Shown here one piece after another: positions 1 through 13,913 of a stretch of 64,000 nt of DNA; within the stretch, counting starts at the first letter, position 1; each line of letters starts with the position of its first letter. Both the position numbers and the translations under genes were made by a program. Under the pieces are notes generated by a model. That model ran no database searches and was not told where the DNA came from. It worked only from the letters and a program-made list of their open reading frames with translations. The stretch covers positions 16,584,192-16,648,191 of the forward strand of contig NC_057718.1 of assembly GCF_004010195.1 (NCBI RefSeq), written 5' to 3'. Source of the DNA: Chiloscyllium plagiosum. Taxonomy: Eukaryota.

Positions 1-2563
1 GTTTTGCCCTCCTGATTTCCCTCTTAAGTATACTCCTACTTTCTTTATACTCTTCTAAGGATTCACTCGATCTATCCTGTCTATACCTGACATATGCTTC
101 CTTCTTTTTCTTAACCAAACCCTCAATTTCTTTAGTTATCCCGCATTCCCTATACCTACCAGCCTTCCCTTTCACCCTGACTGGAATATACTTTCTCTGG
201 ATTCTTGTTATCTCATTTCTGAAGACTTCCCATTTTCCAGCCGTCCCTTTACCTGCGAACATCCGCCCCCAATTCACTTTCAAAAGTTTTTGCCGAACAA
301 CCATCAAAACTGTCCTTTCTCCAATTTAGAACTTCAACTTTTAGATCTGGTCTATCCTTTTCCATCACTATTTTAAAACGAATAGAATTATGGTCCCTGG
401 TCCCAAAGTGCTCCCCCACTGACACCTCAGTCACCTGCCCTGCCGTATTTCCCAAAAATACGTTAAGTTTTGCACCTTCTCTAATAGGTACATCCACATA
501 CTGAATCAGAAGATTGTCTTGTACACACTTAAGAAATTCCTCTCCATCTAAACCTTTAACACTACGGCAGTCCCAGTCGATGTTTGGAAAGTTAAAATTC
601 GCTACCATAACTACCCTATTATTCTTACAGATAGCTGAAATCTCCTTACAAGTTTATTTCTCAATTTCCCTCTTACTATTGGGGGATCTATAATACAATC
701 CCAATAAGGTGATCATCCCTTTCTTATTTCTCAGTTCCACCCAAATAACTTTCCTGGATGTATTTCCGGGAATATCCTCCCTCAGCACAGTTGTAGTGCT
801 GTCCCTTATCAAAAATGCCACTCCCCCTCCGCTCTTGCCTCCCTTTCTATCCTTCCTGTAGCATTTGTATCCTGGAACATTAAGCTGCCAGTCCGGCCAT
901 CCCAGAGCTATGTTTCTGTAATTGCTATGATATCCCAGTCCCATGTTGCTAACCATACCCTGAGTTCATCTGCCTTCCCTGTTAGGCCCCTTGCATTGAA
1001 ATAAATGCAGTTTGATTTATTAGTCCTACCTTGTCCCTGCCTGCCCTGACTGTTTGACTCACTTCTGTTCTCAGCTGTACCCGTCTCAGATCGATCTCTT
1101 TCCTCACTATCTCCCTGGGTCCCACCTCCCCACCTTACTAGTTTAAATCCTCCCAAGCAGCTCGAGCAAACTTCCCTGCCAGTATATTAGTCCCCTTCCA
1201 ATTTAGGTGCAATCCGTCCTTCTTGTACAGGTCACTTCTACCCCAAAAGAGATTCCAATGATCCAAAAATGTGAATCCTTTTTTCATACACCAGCTCCTC
1301 AGCCATGCATTCATCTGCTCTATCCTCCTATTCCTGCCCTCACTAGCTCATAGCACTGGGAGTAATCCAGATATTACTACCCTTGAGGACCTTCTTTTTA
1401 AAGTTCTGCCTAATTCTCCAAAATCTCCCTTCAGAATCTCAACCTTTTCCCTTCCTAGGCACCAGGGAAACAACACACCATTCTGCTTTTTCTCCGCTGG
1501 CCACAGAAATGTCTGTCAGTACCTCTAACTACAGAATCCCCTAACACAATTGATCTCTTGGTAGCCGACGTATCCCTCGTTGCATTAGAGCTAGTCTCAA
1601 TACCAGAAACTTGGCTGTTCGTGCTACGTTCCCCTGAGAATCCATCACCCTCTACATGTTCCAAAACAGAATACCTGTTTGAAATGGGTATATCCACAAA
1701 AGACTCCTGCTCTAACTGCCTACCTCTCTTACCCTTCCTGGCGTTAACCCATCCAAGTGACTGTATCTGAGACTTTCCCCCCTTCCTATAACTGCCATCC
1801 ATCACATACTGTTGCTGTTGCAAATTCCTCATCGCTTCTATCTGTCTCCTCACCGATCCACTTGATCTGGTGAGATTCGCATCCAACAGCATTTATGACA
1901 GATATAATCCGCAGTAACCCTTAAACTCCCTTTAAATTCCCACATCTGACAAGAAGTACATATCACTGCAAAGGCCATTTTTGCTCCTTCACAATCTACC
2001 GACCCAGAAAATAACATTGTCTTATTTCTCTACAAACACTGCCCCAGGTTAAATTAATAGCTATGGCTTATATTTTAAGTTTAATCAAGAGACTTATCTC
2101 CAAAAACATATAATCAAGAAAGAATCCACTGTACCCACTACTGCAGCCTTTCTCTTGGACAGACTTAAAACAATAATTAACTTATTTGATTCCGTGCTGT
2201 GAACTTCGCCCAACAGTTCCTCCAAGGTTAGTTGTGAATTTCACTGTTTGTTAATTTTCCCAGATGCACTCCGATGTCCAGCGATACACGAATTCAAACA
2301 GCAAAAGTAGCAACTGTGCATGTTCTCTCTTTCTCTCTCTCTCTTGCACTGTCCTCACCATGTGCTTCCTTTGTCTGCTCTTTTATCTTTTAAACTGCTG
2401 TTGTTTTGACTTTTATTTTCCAAAGTTCCAAAACAATGCAACAGCACATAAAACAGTAATTATTGCTTCTGGAATTTGAGTAAATCACTCCAACACCTAA
2501 AATACCTCAAAAAAATGGAGCAGCTCTTACAGCCAGAAATGTTTCCCGTCCTCCATCTTGGAA
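1..2563 (-). mobile_element. CR1-clade LINE, 5' portion (5'UTR, ORF1, APE endonuclease of ORF2), decayed and running off the window edge
   Basis: APE motifs across frameshifted ORFs 249-1156: CIYFNARGLTGKADEL...DIIAITET, RKDRKGGKSGGGVAFL, GLYYRSPN, NFNFPNIDW, DHNSIRF. An ORF1 lies upstream. Confidence 0.92.
1138..1978 (-). pseudogene. CR1 ORF1 (CxxC/CxxC Zn finger plus SGNH esterase), disrupted
   Basis: ATG at 1978 gives MAFAVICTSCQMW...YICHKC. Later come IVLGDSVVRG (SGNH block I), CCFPGA and DGLHLN, with the stop at 1138. There are frameshifts and stops, and an apparent internal deletion after FPGA that removes the HIGTND block. Confidence 0.85.
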
Positions 2564-5500
2564 ATTGTATACAGTCTTCCTAATGTTGCCTAATGAGTTA
2601 ATTATAAAACCTCTGCACAAATTTTACCATATATACTCGTTTTGTTTATAGATCCAATATTTTTGTTGTTTTAAATGGTTCTCTGCATTGTAAGCAAACG
2701 TTTTATCACCCACTCACATTTGAAATATTTCAGTGTTATTTGGATCCTTTTTAGTTTTCTGCTTGTTTTATATTTTTTGTCTAATATGTCTAAATTTTGT
2801 CTAATGTGTCTAAATTCCTTTTACATGTTTTCTACTTAATTTCATAACTGATGTGAATTATTTTGCAGGTAATAATTTGTCATTCTATATCCTTGCTTCA
2901 GAATTTCTGAAACTTCATAAATTTACAAATGGTTTTATATCCTGCTCATTTATACAGGCAGAAAATAATAAAGATGGGCATACTGATTCCTGCCATGTAA
3001 CTTTCTCCAGTCTGGAATAATGCATTTCATCAGTACTCTCTGATGCCTATTTTATGCCAAAATGTTTTTTAGTCAGGATTAGATGCTATCTCAGGTTCCC
3101 AATGCCCCTTAGATTTTTCTTTTAATAAAAGTTCAAATAAACTACATCATAAGAAGTTTATAAAAGGTTCAAAGAAGTCAAGATTTCATAAATAGATTTT
3201 TCCTTTCCTTAAGAGTCGTTGGTTGTTTCTCATTAAGCTATGGTTACATAATCACTTCTCAAACCTATTCCTTAGAATGTTTTTCATTTTCTTTGGTGGT
3301 ATAGTCCTACTTAGGTCAACATGTTGATGTACAGTCTGTCAGGCTTATTTGCCATTAACAGTTTATCAACATGAAAGATGAGTCTGCAGAATTCCATGCC
3401 TGTCTCACTCATCTCTCCATTGTAGGGCTATATCAATTTTCTTTCTTAATTTTCTGGGCATAGATGGTTCATCATTTAGGTCTTCATTTTCTCATGGATC
3501 TTGAGAGAAAAGGGTCTTACTGCATGGGATTCATGATGGCCATTTTATTTTCACACATTATTTATTATCCTTGTTGCACCTTCTCAAACCAATATTGAAT
3601 TAAAATTTGCAAGAAATGTTTGCATTTGTCTGAAACTGCCACTCATTTCTTAAATTGTGTTTGTCAGGCAGTTTATAAATGAAGCCAGAGCCTGTCAGAA
3701 TCATTGAAGATTGAATTATTCATCTCTTCTTAAAAAGAACAAAGGTAAAAGGACTACAATTATAAAAGATAATTTTTGTTTCTCCTCCTCACTATTTCAG
3801 CAGATTTACACTCATCATGATACAATAAGGGTCCAATGACATATGTATCAATAAACGAAGGCAGTGAATACTTCTGATGGTACTCGTACTGTGGTTTTAA
3901 AAGAAAAAGTTTAATATTACACCCCATCCGTTAGACTAAAGCCCACATGCCACCACTTCAAAATCTAAACTCTGAAATAAATTTTATATATATATATTTC
4001 ATACCTTACACAATGTATGAAGTACGTATTTGGTATTAAAGTGCAGAATCAGCAATTAGGTTCCATATTTTACTCAATATGCCGATACTGACACAAACTT
4101 GTTTAAGATACCTTCCCTGATCAGACAAGACCCTATTTTTTAAAATTGATAATAATTGCTTTCTTTTAGCTTTATACAATTGTGCACAATGAGTCTTCCA
4201 TGATATAAATAAGATTTTCTCTCAATTCTACTTCTGAATCTTCGGCTACATGGCACATGGCTCAAGGAATATTATAGTCATCCATCCTGTAATCAATCAA
4301 ATAGCTCCTTTTAGAATATTTCAGAATCCAATAAGACCTCCAAAAATAACTGGATTCCAAATTTGTATTTCATTTTGTAATAATTTTCGAAAATAGCCAT
4401 TAAGTACAGACAATTTTATTATATTCTTTTCATCCTCAATATTCTTTACAATTTCAATTTTTTTCCTGACCATTTTAATTTATAACAATGCTGAACATAA
4501 GTTTGTTGTTAGGAAGCTGTTGTGTGTGTGGGCTCTTTCAACCCTAACGTGGTATAAGATGAATGACGAAACCTAGTCTCATTACAACAGTCTTCTCTGG
4601 TAAAAACTTCATTGCGTTACTGCAAGTATATACAGAATATATGAATTACATGAATATGACCTACATTACTACAGAAGCTGTTAGGAGCACATTGACCTCA
4701 GGTCTGTCTTCAACCAGCTCCTTCTTTTCTCTGACCAAGTCATGGTGACATCATTACAGTAGTTTTTGCTGACTGTACCCAATCAAGTATTAACACTTTC
4801 AGACAACAGGACTCCATTGCAAAAAACTTCAATTAATGAAAATAGAAGACCTGATTATGTGCTTGCATTTGAGGAATGGTGCATGTTTGCAAGTATCTTG
4901 CATTAGTTTTTCAAATAATAGATGGAAATAAGATTCTAGGAAAAACCAATAGACTAAAACTGGGATAAGTATTTAAAAGGACCGTATTTAGAAAGTTAAT
5001 AGGTCTAAAAATAGAAAGATTGTCAGGCTTCCACAGTATGCAACTGAATATTAATGGTATCTGAAGAAAATATATCAGTATTCCTATTAATTTTTTTCAA
5101 ACATTACTTGTAGCAAAAAAGTGGATATTGACAGAAGTTGCACTTCTGCTTGAAAAATGTGAATGGGTGAGCTAGGAAATTTTTGGATCAATTTGTTGCA
5201 CAGGCTTTGGGTAAACTTGTAAACTTTGATCTTTCTAAGACTTTTCCAAAGAGACAGTCATGGCAATGAAGTGGCAAGGGCTATTTTCGGCTGTACTATC
5301 TCAATTTAATTTTGGGATAATACAAAGTACAGCCACTTTGAAGGGCTTTGTAACAGTTAGGGGTTAATTAGAAATAATAGAAGGAATCCAGACATACCTA
5401 ATTTATTTTGATTTTATAGAGAAATTAGAAGGCAAGATAAAGGGAATGTGTTGTATGTTGTATGAATGGTTTTTCGTAAAATATTTGACAAAGTGATGTA

Positions 5501-6239
5501 TAGTAGACTTTACAAGAATATATTGCATGAATTGTTTGAGTCATGGACTATTCAGAAAAAGATTGGACACAAAGGAAAATCAAAGGCTATGGGTAAAAGT
5601 ATAGGATAGTAAGAATGGTTTTAGTTTCTTCTAGCAAATGTTAACAGACAGGATAGGTTAAATGGTTTCCTTCTATGCTATAAACTCTCATAGTTCTCTA
5701 TTGAGGAAATGGTGTAAATAGTAATTCATTTGAAAATTACCTTTGTATTGCTTAGTGGCTACAACATACAAATTATCAATTGGTTTGTTTCTTATGGGAG
5801 AGGGGTCATAGAGTCATTCAGCACACAAACAGACCTATTGGTCCAACCAGTCCATGCCGAACATAATCCTAAAGTAAACTATTCCCAATTGCCTGCTCCT
5901 GATCCATATCCCTCCAAGTCTTTCCTATTCACATAGTTATCCAGATGTCTTTTCAACTTTGTAATTGTATCCACATCCATCACTTCCTCAGGAAGTTCAT
6001 TCCATGCATGAATCACCTGTGTAAAAAAATTGTTCCTCATATCTTTTTTAAATCTCTTTCCTCTCACTTTAAAAATATGCCCCATGGTCTTGAAATCCCC
6101 ATCCTTGGGTAAAGGCAAATAACATTAATGCTATCTAAACCTCTCAATTTATAAACTTCTATCAGACCACCCTTGCACCTCCTACACTCCAGTGGAAAAA
6201 TATCCCAGCCTATCCAGCCTTTCTTTATAACTCAAATGC

Positions 6240-6704
6240 CCTTCCACCTATTGCATTTCCAACGCCCCTCCCCCAAGTCCCTCCTCCCTACCTTTTATCT
6301 TAGCCTGCTGGACACACTTTCCTCATTCCTGAAGAAGAGCTTTAGATTTAGATTAGATTAGTGTGGAAAAAGGCCCTTCGGCCCAACAAGTCCACACCGA
6401 CCCGCCGAAGTGCAACCCACCCCTACATTTACCCTTTACCTAACATTTAGCATGGCCAATTCACCTAACCTGCACATCTTTGGACTGTGGGAGGAAACCG
6501 GAGCACCCGGAAGAAACCCACGCAGACACGGGGAGAATGTGCAAACTCCACACAGTCAGTCGCCTGAGACGGGAATTGAACCTGGGTCTCTGGTGCTGTG
6601 AGGCAGCAGTGCTAACCACTGTGCCACCGTGCCGCCCACATCGATTCGCCTGTTCCTTGGATGCTGCCTGACCTGCTGCGCTTTTCCAGCAACACATTTT
6701 CACC
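6240..6704 (+). mobile_element. Penelope-like terminal-repeat fragment split by an HE1 SINE
   Basis: cctgaagaagagctt [SINE] acatcgattcgcctgttccttggatgctgcctgacctgctgcgcttttccagcaacacatttt; same family as 53810-54001. Confidence 0.7.
6342..6637 (-). mobile_element. HE1-type V-SINE (tRNA-derived)
   Basis: Minus-strand head gggcggcacggtggcacagtggttagcactgctgcctcac with A box and GGTTCAATTCC B box; V-domain gtgtctgcgtgggtttc...ggtgctccggtttcctcccacagtccaaagatgtgcagg; (TAATC)n tail. Confidence 0.92.
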
Positions 6705-6904
6705 TTTTTTAACCACCCTGTCTATATGTGACACAAACTTCAAAGAACTATGTACTTGAACCCCTAGGTCCTCTATTCTACCCAAGGTCCTACTATTAAT
6801 TTTATAAGCCTTGGCCTTGTTTGTTATAACAAAATGCAATACCTTGCATTTATTCAATTTAAACTTCATCTGCCGTCAACCCAATTGATCAAGATCCCTT
6901 TGTA

Positions 6905-7404
6905 NNNNNNNNNNNNNNNNNNNNNNNNNNNNNNNNNNNNNNNNNNNNNNNNNNNNNNNNNNNNNNNNNNNNNNNNNNNNNNNNNNNNNNNNNNNNNNNN
7001 NNNNNNNNNNNNNNNNNNNNNNNNNNNNNNNNNNNNNNNNNNNNNNNNNNNNNNNNNNNNNNNNNNNNNNNNNNNNNNNNNNNNNNNNNNNNNNNNNNNN
7101 NNNNNNNNNNNNNNNNNNNNNNNNNNNNNNNNNNNNNNNNNNNNNNNNNNNNNNNNNNNNNNNNNNNNNNNNNNNNNNNNNNNNNNNNNNNNNNNNNNNN
7201 NNNNNNNNNNNNNNNNNNNNNNNNNNNNNNNNNNNNNNNNNNNNNNNNNNNNNNNNNNNNNNNNNNNNNNNNNNNNNNNNNNNNNNNNNNNNNNNNNNNN
7301 NNNNNNNNNNNNNNNNNNNNNNNNNNNNNNNNNNNNNNNNNNNNNNNNNNNNNNNNNNNNNNNNNNNNNNNNNNNNNNNNNNNNNNNNNNNNNNNNNNNN
7401 NNNN
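6905..7404. other. Assembly gap (500 N)
   Basis: Run of exactly 500 N. It is probably a fixed-size scaffolding gap, so true size and contiguity are unknown. Confidence 0.99.
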
Positions 7405-7756
7405 CCAATTTCTGACTTGGTCAAGCTTAACAGTCGGAACACATTTGAGAATTAAAAATGTCCTTAATTCCAGGTAACAATTGAACTGACACACTCAACT
7501 ATTCTTCCTGAATCCCTTATACAATCTTCAGACACTGACAACATTCCTACTTCCAACTACATTCTGCCCAAGCTATCCTGCTGAAGCTCATATACCCCTT
7601 CATAACCTGAGTGAATTCCAACTCCATCCCACTTTTGACCCAATGCCACCAAATCAGACATCCACTCTTGCCAAGATCCCAGCCTGGACTAACATTTTTC
7701 CCATCTTGGGACCATCACTGATTTTTCTTTATTTTCCCCATTTTTGGTTTGGAAAT

Positions 7757-8625
7757 GTGATCTGAAGTTGAGAGTTCAACTTTGAGCAGCGGCTTGCTTT
7801 AAAAAAATAAGGAAACAACAAACACATTGATAATTCTTTCTGGGAAACGGCCTGCAAAGTTAATTGCAAGTGTTGATTATTTTTCTAAGAATGCAGCAAA
7901 TGTTTTAGCACCTGAGATCTATTATGCTCAAGGACTGGCAGCTGGATGTTAAAAGGTCCATCAGAGAGAGGCCGGGATTATCCAGTCAAACAAAGAAAAT
8001 ACTGAAAAAGAAACAGAAACCACAGATTGATTTGGTTTGGTCTGGGCCTTGGGCAGAAGCCAGTGTGGCCCTGAAAGCTGCTGGTTGGAGTTCTGGTTGC
8101 TCTCTAGCTATCCTCTCCAGTTATCAAATTATTTAAAACACTGAGAAAAGAACCCCAGTCTGTAAGACATTAGTGAAAGCCTCTTGCAGTCTGTGGAAGC
8201 TATTTGCATTGACTGGTGACTTCAGAGTTCAAGCAAGATATATAGTCCCACAGACCTGCGAACAACTCATTATCCAAGGACTGCATGAAGGCTTAGCAAC
8301 CATTGTTCAAAATTGTGGTTAAGTGAACTGGCCAATTACAACTCTTTGATTTTTATTTTAATTTATCCCTTAACTGTCTGTCTATTTGTCTTGTTGTATA
8401 AGGGGTTTGTCTGCGAGTTATGGTCAAAGAAGATTGGGTTTAAATCATAGACATTAATCTGTTACCTTGTTGTTTAACTTTGCTCTGTGAATGTTACAGT
8501 ATTAATAATAAATTGTTAATTTCTGTTGAAACTATAAAACTTGATATCTGTTATTTATGAAGTCTGGTTAGGAACAGTTAGAAAATTTTGAGGGTCAGTG
8601 AATATTTAATTTCTTGTGTGTCATA
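7757..8625 (+). mobile_element. Possible degraded solo LTR
   Basis: TG start and an LTR-like composition (T-rich U5-like part, AATAATAAA near 8503). Boundaries uncertain and no TSD recognised. Confidence 0.3.
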
Positions 8626-8887
8626 TCCAGTGTTAGTGATTCTGGTTTGGTCTGGCATGGTATCCCTGTATCCTAAGACCCAACAGACTGGACATTCCCT
8701 GCCCAGACCAATTCTCACCATCCCAAAAGTCAGCATAACAACTCCAGACACAATTTTTCTCAACTGTTGGACCTGACATGCCTTACTCCTGCCTGTACTT
8801 TAGCCCAATCAATATCCACTCATTCTCAAAGGACCCTACACCCATGACACAAACTCTCACTGCCCCTCCACTGGCCAGATCACCAGT

Positions 8888-8992
8888 GTTATGAAGAAGG
8901 GTCACTGGACCCAAAACATTAACTCTACTTTCTCTCCACAGATACTGCCAGACCTGCTGAGTCTTTACAGCAATTTCGGTTTTTGTTTCATT
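8888..8992 (+). mobile_element. Short old PLE-type terminal fragment with degenerate hammerhead-like core
   Basis: tgaagaagggtcactggacccaaaacattaactct...cagatactgccagacctgctgag. Related pieces lie at ~18550-18680, ~19550-19635 and ~46195-46265. Confidence 0.6.
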
Positions 8993-10022
8993 CAGGTAAT
9001 ATCCTTGTTTGTTAACTATGAGTGTACTTTTGTTTTGAGAGTTAATGCCATTTAGATTAATCATTGTTATGAGTAATGTATGAATTGCTATTATGTTGTA
9101 AATAATGAATCTTGTTAGCTCCAGGCAAGCACCAAGATACTATAAAGCATGGTATTTTTATCTGTCAGATAATGTTCTGCAAGCATCATACATAGTTTGT
9201 AGAAAACACTGAGGTGTTTGCGCACTACAGTTGGAAGTACAGAATGGTCTACTTCCACTGGTGACTGCTTGGTACTGCTGCGTACTACAGACTGCAAGTA
9301 TAGAAGAAAGAAATGATGAGGAAAAAGCAAGGAGCTGAAAACTTTCCTGGCAAACTAAACAGTGCCATCATACATAGGTCCAATCATTCAAATAGTTGCA
9401 ATTCTTCAAATATCCTTCAGATATCACTTCAGTGCTATTGTGGCACAATGGTAGTGCCAGATGGTCATGTTTAAGTCCCACCAAACAAGCTGATTTTTAA
9501 TAAAATAGCAAATACTCCTTCAGTGGCTCCAAAGTGACTAATCCAGCTAGGGTTTATTAACAATTTCAGAACCAAAACAACAGTTTGATATTTTACAATG
9601 TAAAATAATGTGTCCAATGATAACATAGAGTGGCTCTGTATATCTATATCATAGAATGTCCATCTGCACTTATTCATGAGGCAGGTGCCTCAGCTGTTGA
9701 AAATAGCCACCAGCAGGAATGCAGCATTAAATATTATACAATGATTTTAACCACCTTTTTATGCTATTCTCACCATGTCAGCTGGCATTGATTGAAATCA
9801 TCTCTAAAGAGTCTTGGGTCGTAACTGGGCATTAACCACATGCAATTACTACTGACCTACTTCTCAAATCCACTGGTTTATAATTTACTGTCAGTGACAA
9901 TTTTAATTACCTTCTAGGAAGTTAACTTGATAACTTGAAATTATTCCTTTTTTGCATTAAATTAGTGTGAGTCCAACAGTTGGATTGGCCAGCAAAGGGA
10001 CATAGTGAGTAAACTAAACATA

Positions 10023-10324
10023 TTAGATTAGATTAGATTACAGTGTGGAAACAGGCCCTTCGGCCCAACAAGTCCACACCGACCCGCCGAAGCGAAACCC
10101 AACCATACCCCTAACCTAACACTATGGGCAATTTAGTATGGCCAATTCACCTGACCCTGCACATCTTTGGACTGTGGGAGGAAACCGGAGCACCCGGAGG
10201 AAACCCACGCAGACACGGGGAGAACGTGCAAACTCCACACAGTCAGTCGCCTGAGGCGGGAATTGAACCCGGATCTCTGGCGCTGTGAGGCAGCAGTGCT
10301 AACCACTGTGCCACCGTGCCGCCC
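10023..10324 (-). mobile_element. HE1-type V-SINE, full length and young
   Basis: Intact head, V-domain and (TAATC)n tail; CpG-rich; short acata duplication on both flanks. Confidence 0.93.
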
Positions 10325-13300
10325 ACATACTATTTCAATGGGATTAAATTATGCACTTTAGGAAATAGTGGAAATATATAATAGTGCAGCATGTCATTTT
10401 TAACTTTGGAGTCCAAAGCCAGCCCAGACAGATGGGGTGAATGTCCATTCACTGCTTGCTGCCTGAGTCCTATGTGGAATTAATTTGGCCAATTTCAACC
10501 AAATTCCTAATGGATTTTGGCCTAGAGAATAGCATGAGAAATGAATTGTCATAAATTGCCTTTAGTTTGCAAATTCCATTCTGAGATCACAGATTTTTGC
10601 AGTGGAAAATAGACAAACCATACTTTAATTCACACTCATTCTGGCATGAGTTAAAGCTATTTTGTTGAGGCAGTACAGAGGACTCTTTAATCTGGGTTTG
10701 GTGGTGCAAATACCTGATGCTAATACTGGTAGCTAAAAGTTTTCTTTAAAAATGTGCATTCGCCAATGGCATTTTTGCTAAAAAGACAGCACAATAGGCC
10801 ACCACTAATTCCCACATACCTGTGGCAGCTCTCCGAAAGAACAAGCAGTCTCAATCCCCTGCTCTCTCCATCAATGCTCCCACCCTCAAAGCCTTGTCAA
10901 TTCAATTTATTTTGAAAGTTACTATTAATTGTGCTTACTTCATCCTTTCAGATAATGCATTTTGGCAACTTATTATATTTAAAACTCATCTCTCCCCTGG
11001 CTTTTTAGCCAATTATATTACTTGAACTTTTTTTTAGAAAAGTACATATTCCTTTGAATCAAGTCCAGTGATATTTTATGAATGAGAGAATAATTAAATG
11101 ACAAAACGCTAGTTTGGGAATTCTCTTCAACTAGAATCTAAAAGTCATGTAAGCCATGTGCTGACACAGATGACATGAGAATAACATGATCAGTTTAGGA
11201 ATAAGTTTCTTTTCAACATGTGAAGATCACATCATTTGAACATTTCAACAGTTCAGTAACCAATTAGCTTGTTGAATTTCTGAACTTTCTCAGAGTTTGC
11301 GCAGGGCTGCAAAGAAAGAAAAATCGTCTATTCTTAAAACAATTATTCAACGCATAACAGCAGGACAAATGCAAAAGCTAGAACATCTGGCTCATCTAAA
11401 TTAAGTAATTTCAGAATGATCAAATGAAAAGAACATTGTGTTGTCAAATTTAAATACTTGGAGAAGGAAAGATTTAGACAAAAATAACAGTAATGCAGAA
11501 TGATTTCATAGCACTTTATCAAATTATAGTTTAACAATAATACAAATTACCTTTTTTGATATTCATTTTGTGGATGAGATTTTAAAATAAAGTTCCTGTC
11601 ATTGAGTGTATGTTGAAGATCATTATTTAAAGATCTTGTACTCCCAGTAATGTAGCCTATGTTTTTGCCTAAACCAACACCAGCAAGTACAGATTCATTT
11701 CATTGCTCTTTGTGGGCATGTTGCTACATGAAAATTAGAAGCGATGCTTTCATCGATAACAAAAGTGACTGCAATTTAAATTGACTCGTGCATTGTAACA
11801 TAATATAATGATAAATACTGTAAATAAAACAATCTTTTGTTTTATTTACTTAATTGCAGCTGCAGGCACCTATAACAGGAACAGAAGTCTCACATAACTT
11901 CAGTTGCTTCTGAAATCGTTGGCAGGGCTCCAATTTGCAAAAGGAAAAGAGAAATGTCAAGAGGGAGATCACAAATTTCCTAGTCTAAAGCATGGTCTAT
12001 TTCTAGTTTTAGCAAGTGATTGTTAGGTAGGTATTTAATTTTTGACAGAGTTCTAGCAATTATGTTGTCTACAAGCACGTTCCAGAGGCAAAATGTGTAA
12101 ATCTTTCATCACAAGAGCTTGAACATGCTTCAGAATGAATCAAAATTAACCTATGGTGTCTTGAAGTTTTTTTTTAAGAACATATTATAAGATTAAGGTA
12201 GGAAAATGCCTAAGGTACTTCACAAATGCATAATCATATAAAACAGAATGGTAAAGAATGTGGTAAGGTAATTGCAGCTGTTATGGTTAAAACCTTATTT
12301 CACAACTCAACTGTGAAGAAACAGAAATGCTAGAGGTCTGGCAGCTTTCGAACAAGAAACAGAATTAATGCCCAGATTTTCCAATAGCCAAACAGTCATT
12401 TCTGCAGTGTAAGTGGGGGTTGCCATGGTGCCTTGCAGAATTCTCAATGTAGCAGACTTTGAAGAATTGCCTGAGAAATCAAAGATTCCACCGGGCAATT
12501 CCACTATACTTGGAATCCCCGTTGTATCCAATTAAATCAGAGAATTCATTGGATTCTGCTGCAGGTAAGTATAGTTATGCAAGAAAGTTAAAGTATTAAA
12601 ACTCTAGTCTAACTCCAGATTCTAACTCTGGTAACTATTAAACTGACCCTCTGATGTACAACACCCTCCAATTACATCTTGCCAAGACACTTTACATTTC
12701 CACATCCTGACCCGATACCCTTTCTATCCCATCAGCCTCCGGACCTGAAACCCCCCGGGTCTCATCAGCCCAATCCCCCCAAACCCACCCTGGGCCTGAC
12801 ACCATTGTCCCTGCTGCTGCAGCTAACCACCCACCTTCCCTGCCTGATCAGATACCATCATCCAACCACCAAACCTAAATCCCTCATCCCTGCTACTGGA
12901 CCCAACACAAACCCCTCCTTCCACCTTGAGGATAATATGCCTGGTACCATATATGTGTCACCCTGCACCCTACCCAGTTGGCACACTAACCTTACACTTA
13001 ACTTACATACTTACCTTGCATTGGAGCTAGAAAAGTACTTGTCTGTGATGTTGGATCTTCAAATCAGAGAACACTGCAACAGCTGTGATGAAGAGTGTGT
13101 AGTTTCCCTTGCTTTCACTATCTGGCACTATGAGGGATCTGTCAGATTTAAAGTTTGGCTCTGCATTTCTGAAGAAGCAGGATCAGAATTTGCTGTGATA
13201 ATGCAGAGCTCTTTCTTAGTATAGAAAAGGAGTGGAGTGGTGGAGCAGAGAGAATCTCTATGCGATTGTAACTCTTTGAAAAATCCTTGAAATGCCCAAC

Positions 13301-13894
13301 ATTTCAAGTTGAATACATCTTTTCTTGAGAACTAAGCATTTCCTGCACTTTCCATTTTTATTTCCACTTTCCAACATCCACAGTATTTTGCTTTTATTTT
13401 AAGCATCAAGAGATATTTTAGTATATCAAAGGTACTGCATGTAAATGCAACTGATCTTTGTTTAAATAAAGACATTTGACCCCAGTAATCATAATCTCTT
13501 AGATGGATACAGAAGTTCCCCTGGGACCAATCTTAAGAGAAGGGAAGAAATCTGGAGTGTACTTCCATTCTGGCATTTTTATCGTATGCAAAATTATTAG
13601 AGGAAAGTGAACCATGTCCCCATTACACCGCATTCAATTGCCTTATTGTTATATGGTCCAGATGGTCTCCTTGGCAGCTGCTGTCAATAGGTAAGTACGT
13701 AAGGTAAATGTGACTTAGGGTCTTGGTAAGCTAGGGCTGCCAGGTGGGGAGCCTGCCTGATAAATAGGGTACCACAGTGGTGTGGCAGGGGGCATGATAT
13801 CAGATGAGTAGGGGTAGAGTGCCAGCTAAATAAGGGGGGTGTGTGCTAGGTGTATAGGATGCCAAGTAGGAGGGGGATTTGGGACCAAATGGGT

Positions 13895-13913
13895 GGGGGG
13901 GGGGGGGGGGGGG
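13895..13913 (+). repeat. Poly-G run (19 G) inside a G-rich tract
   Basis: Seen directly. Confidence 0.95.

Larger units (their letters stand above)
5805..6904 (-). mobile_element. CR1/HER1-type LINE 3' fragment, interrupted by nested insertions
   Basis: MKFKLNKCKVLHF...DLGVQVHSSLK and GHIFKVRGKRFKKDMRNNFFTQ...WNELPEEV; CR1-type 3' tail near 5805-5860. Confidence 0.88.

Noticed and set aside
2775..2816. 20 bp tandem duplication
   Set aside because: Ordinary slippage duplication in a decayed LINE region.
4690..4790. HDLVREKKELVED peptide on the minus strand, superficially coiled-coil like a later SDCCAG8 exon
   Set aside because: In-frame stop just upstream, no suitable splice sites and no real sequence match.
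6834..7494. Long ORFs of 180-201 aa
   Set aside because: Artefacts of translating the 500-N gap.
10250..10324. tRNA-like A/B boxes here and in other SINE heads
   Set aside because: These are SINE heads, not cloverleaf tRNA genes.
12419..12432. GTTGCCATGGTGCC, RFX X-box-like site in a ciliary gene
   Set aside because: The second half-site is degenerate, it is deep intronic and adjacent to repeat relics.
12679..13224. 181 aa Pro-rich ORF
   Set aside because: Explained by C-rich low-complexity sequence; no domain similarity.
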